Shown here: positions 39,801 through 41,795 of the stretch, one piece after another
Numbering within the stretch: position 1 is the first letter of the stretch
Layout of the letters: each line of letters begins with the position of its first letter
NCBI GenBank assembly: GCA_030037695.1
Contig: JASHQF010000030.1
Span: forward strand, 1 to 41,795
Direction of reading: 5' to 3'
Length of the DNA: 41,795 nucleotides
DNA from: Thermoplasmata archaeon
GTDB taxonomy: Archaea > Thermoplasmatota > Thermoplasmata > Lutacidiplasmatales > UBA184
Translations under genes and position numbers: made by a program
Notes under the pieces: generated by a model
What the model was told of the DNA's origin: nothing
Databases searched by the model: none
The model's input: the letters and a program-made list of their open reading frames with translations, nothing else

Positions 39801-41597
39801 CTAATCGTAGCGGTACCGCTCGGCGGCCCGTCGATACAGGGGCTTCCACAAAAGCTCGTTGAGCGCGATCACGCTCGCGACGAGCGTGAACAGCGCGCTG
39901 ACCATCAGCGGGTAGGCGTGCTCGGCGTAGCCGAGGTCGATCAGCTGACCGATGCCGAGGATGCTCAGCGTGTGCGTCGCGTTGACGCTGAGGTACTCGG
40001 CGACGATGAGGGTGTTCCAACCTCCTCCGAACGCGGTGATCGAGCCGGTGACGAGGGCGGGGAAGAGGCCGGGCAGCACGACCCGCCGGAGGAACGCCCG
40101 CCCCTTCAGCCCGAAGGAGCGGGCCGCCTCCTCGAGATCCGGGGCGAGCCCCCGGACCCCCGAGAGGAGGTTGAAGAACAGGTACCAGATCATCCCGGTG
40201 AGCAGCATCAGGACCGCCGCCCCCTCCGCCCCGAGGTACGGGACGAGCTGGAAGATGATCACCGGGAAGAGGGCGGTCGCCGGGAACGAGGCGATCACCT
40301 CGACGACGGGGAGCCCGATCCGGGCCGACCGGGAGTTCCGGGCGAGCCGGATCGCGAGCGGGAGCGCGATCGCGAGGGAGATGAGGTAGGCCGCGAAGAT
40401 CCGTACCGCGGAGGCGCCCATCGCCGCCGGCAGCTCGAGCAGCTGACGCCGCACGCTGGGCGGGATCGGTCCGGCGTAGACGTGGTAGACCGACACGGTG
40501 ATCTCGATCAGGAGGAGCCAGCAGACGACCAGAATCACCCCGAGGACGAGGTACGAGCTTCCCGAGCGCCAGAACGCGCTCCGCGGCTTCTTCGGGGGGC
40601 GCGTCGCGATCGCGGCGAGCTGGACGAACGGGGTGCGGATCATCGCGACCCCGCTGCGCACGCCCCGCGAGAGGTACGCTGCGGCCCGGCGGAAACGGCT
40701 CCCCGGGTCGTGGGGCGGGACGATCGTCCCCTCGCCGGACGGGGCCTGGTCGTACCGGAACCGTTCCGCCCAGATGCCGAGCGGGCGCCAGACGGCGAAG
40801 TCGAGCAGGACGATCACGATCACGAGCGCGACGATCCCCGCGAGGAACTCGCTCGCATTGCCGCCCGCCGCGGCGAACGAGAGGAAGCTCCCGATACCGG
40901 GGAGGGCGTGGGAGTTGGTCGTGAAGATCTCAGCCTCGACCAGGAAGAACCAGCCGCCCGTCCAGGAGAGGACCGAGTTGTAGACGAGCCGATTCACGGT
41001 CGCCGGGAACAGCACCTTGCGGAACCGCAGCAGGCCGTGCGCGCCGAACGTGTCCGCCGCCTCCCGCAGCTCGGCCGGGAGGGTCTTCAACGACTCGTAG
41101 ACGCCGAAGACCATGTTCCAGGCCATCGAGGTGAAGATCAGGAACACCGACGCCAGGTTCGGGCCGAGGAACGAACGCGGCCCGGTGAGGCCGACGAGGA
41201 GCACGATGACGACCGGGAAGAAGCCGAGGATCGGGACCGACTGGAGGATGTCGAGGATCGGGATCATCACCCGCTCCCCGGTCCTCCGCGTCGCCGCGTA
41301 GTAGCCGTAGGCCAGGGAGAAGCCGAGCGACAGGGCGTACGCCGAGAGCATCCGCAGGAACGAGTAGACCACGTCGACGCCGGCGGTGGGCAGGTAGCTC
41401 GCGATGCGGGACCCCGAAACGCCCGGATCGACGAGCGCGACGATGCCGAGCGCGAGCGGGATCGACGCGTACAGCGCGAGCGAGCCGCGCCGCACGGAGG
41501 CGAGGGGGGACCGATCAGCGGTGCCGGGAGGGGGCGTCGACGGTGCGCTCGGCTCCCCCGGCGGTTCGCGCGGAGCGGTAGTTCCGAACAACGCCAT
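39801..41597 (-). CDS. ABC transporter permease, duplicated (two fused NitT/TauT-type permease domains)
   Basis: Internal ATG at 41597. The protein is about 598 aa and hydrophobic, with two copies of the permease core. Each carries an EAA-like loop (LRFRKVLFPAT... and AFLRRVVLPGLFPAL...). Confidence 0.85.
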   Translation of the reverse strand: MALFGTTAPREPPGEPSAPSTPPPGTADRSPLASVRRGSLALYASIPLALGIVALVDPGVSGSRIASYLPTAGVDVVYSFLRMLSAYALSLGFSLAYGYYAATRRTGERVMIPILDILQSVPILGFFPVVIVLLVGLTGPRSFLGPNLASVFLIFTSMAWNMVFGVYESLKTLPAELREAADTFGAHGLLRFRKVLFPATVNRLVYNSVLSWTGGWFFLVEAEIFTTNSHALPGIGSFLSFAAAGGNASEFLAGIVALVIVIVLLDFAVWRPLGIWAERFRYDQAPSGEGTIVPPHDPGSRFRRAAAYLSRGVRSGVAMIRTPFVQLAAIATRPPKKPRSAFWRSGSSYLVLGVILVVCWLLLIEITVSVYHVYAGPIPPSVRRQLLELPAAMGASAVRIFAAYLISLAIALPLAIRLARNSRSARIGLPVVEVIASFPATALFPVIIFQLVPYLGAEGAAVLMLLTGMIWYLFFNLLSGVRGLAPDLEEAARSFGLKGRAFLRRVVLPGLFPALVTGSITAFGGGWNTLIVAEYLSVNATHTLSILGIGQLIDLGYAEHAYPLMVSALFTLVASVIALNELLWKPLYRRAAERYRYD

Positions 41598-41700
41598 CCG
41601 TACCTCTCGGCATGACTCGGCGCACGACCGCGCCCGACTATATGTGACGTACGGTCGGACGTCCCCGGCGGCCCGAGGGCGCGCGAGACCGCCGACAATG

Positions 41701-41706
41701 TTTATC
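41701..41706 (+). promoter_or_regulatory. TATA-like box (TTTATC) about 28 nt upstream of tRNA-Gln
   Basis: An isolated A/T hexamer at the expected spacing. Confidence 0.4.
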
Positions 41707-41731
41707 AGCCACCCGAGGCTGGCACGCCCGT

Positions 41732-41795
41732 AGCCCCGTGGTGTAGTGGCCAATCATGCGAGACTCTGGATCTCGCGACGCAGGTTCGAACGCCG
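41732..41795 (+). tRNA. tRNA-Gln (anticodon CUG), truncated by the window end
   Basis: AGCCCCG-TG-GTGTAGTGGCCAATCAT... is the archaeal tRNA-Gln type 5' half. The anticodon arm is CGAGA-CTCTGGA-TCTCG (anticodon CTG). The T arm starts GCAGG-TTCGAA, but the window ends before the 3' half. Confidence 0.75.

Noticed and set aside
1-41795. A search for CRISPR arrays, rRNA genes, tandem DNA repeats, IS elements, and defence or toxin-antitoxin genes.
   Set aside because: By eye I saw no regularly spaced direct repeats, rRNA-like sequence, or nuclease, helicase, methylase, transposase or integrase motifs. The only repetition is at the protein-domain level (surface protein, paralogous gene pairs). A computational repeat search would be needed for certainty.

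Overview
This is a very GC-rich archaeal chromosomal segment. Archaeal hallmarks are a proteasome alpha subunit, a membrane-anchored LonB, a NadM-type NMN adenylyltransferase, HTH_10 regulators, and A/T-rich TATA-like boxes about 27-30 nt upstream of start codons and tRNA 5' ends. I would guess an uncultured high-GC Thermoplasmata-like euryarchaeon, but that is inference only.

I can support about 50 protein-coding genes and 3 tRNAs: Thr-CGU, Ala-CGC, and a Gln-CUG cut by the window end. I found no rRNA, CRISPR array, transposase, integrase or recognisable defence gene.

Many of the longest ORFs in the six-frame track are antisense or off-frame shadows of real genes. This is expected at this GC content, and I rejected them. 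Several real genes are shorter than the track ORFs (internal starts). Two real small genes are absent from the track: a DUF1059-like gene at 26277-26435 and a CDGSH gene at 31686-31862. The 5'-terminal psmA fragment is also missing from the track.

The content is mostly housekeeping: psmA, folD, lonB, nadM, moaA, msrA, msrB, RNase HI, cyclophilin, an HtrA-like protease and an ABC transporter. It is interspersed with accessory-looking genes.

I did not find an unambiguous novel system. The candidates most worth a second look are:
- A redox-repair island (23041-30174) bracketed by two inverted, equal-length GltD-like flavoprotein paralogues that share an unusual conserved C-terminal tail.
- Two paralogous HTH_10 regulators flanking an uncharacterised 240-aa protein (10341-13025).
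- Textbook eukaryote-type C2H2 zinc-finger microproteins (25993-26160 and 31302-31538).
- A class III nucleotidyl cyclase (35161-36234), plus a separate stand-alone cNMP-binding protein.
- An ACE-like M2 peptidase whose conserved N-terminus has no in-frame start codon (17035-18815).
- An ABC permease/ATPase/stand-alone AAA-associated-domain triad with no binding protein (38305-41597).
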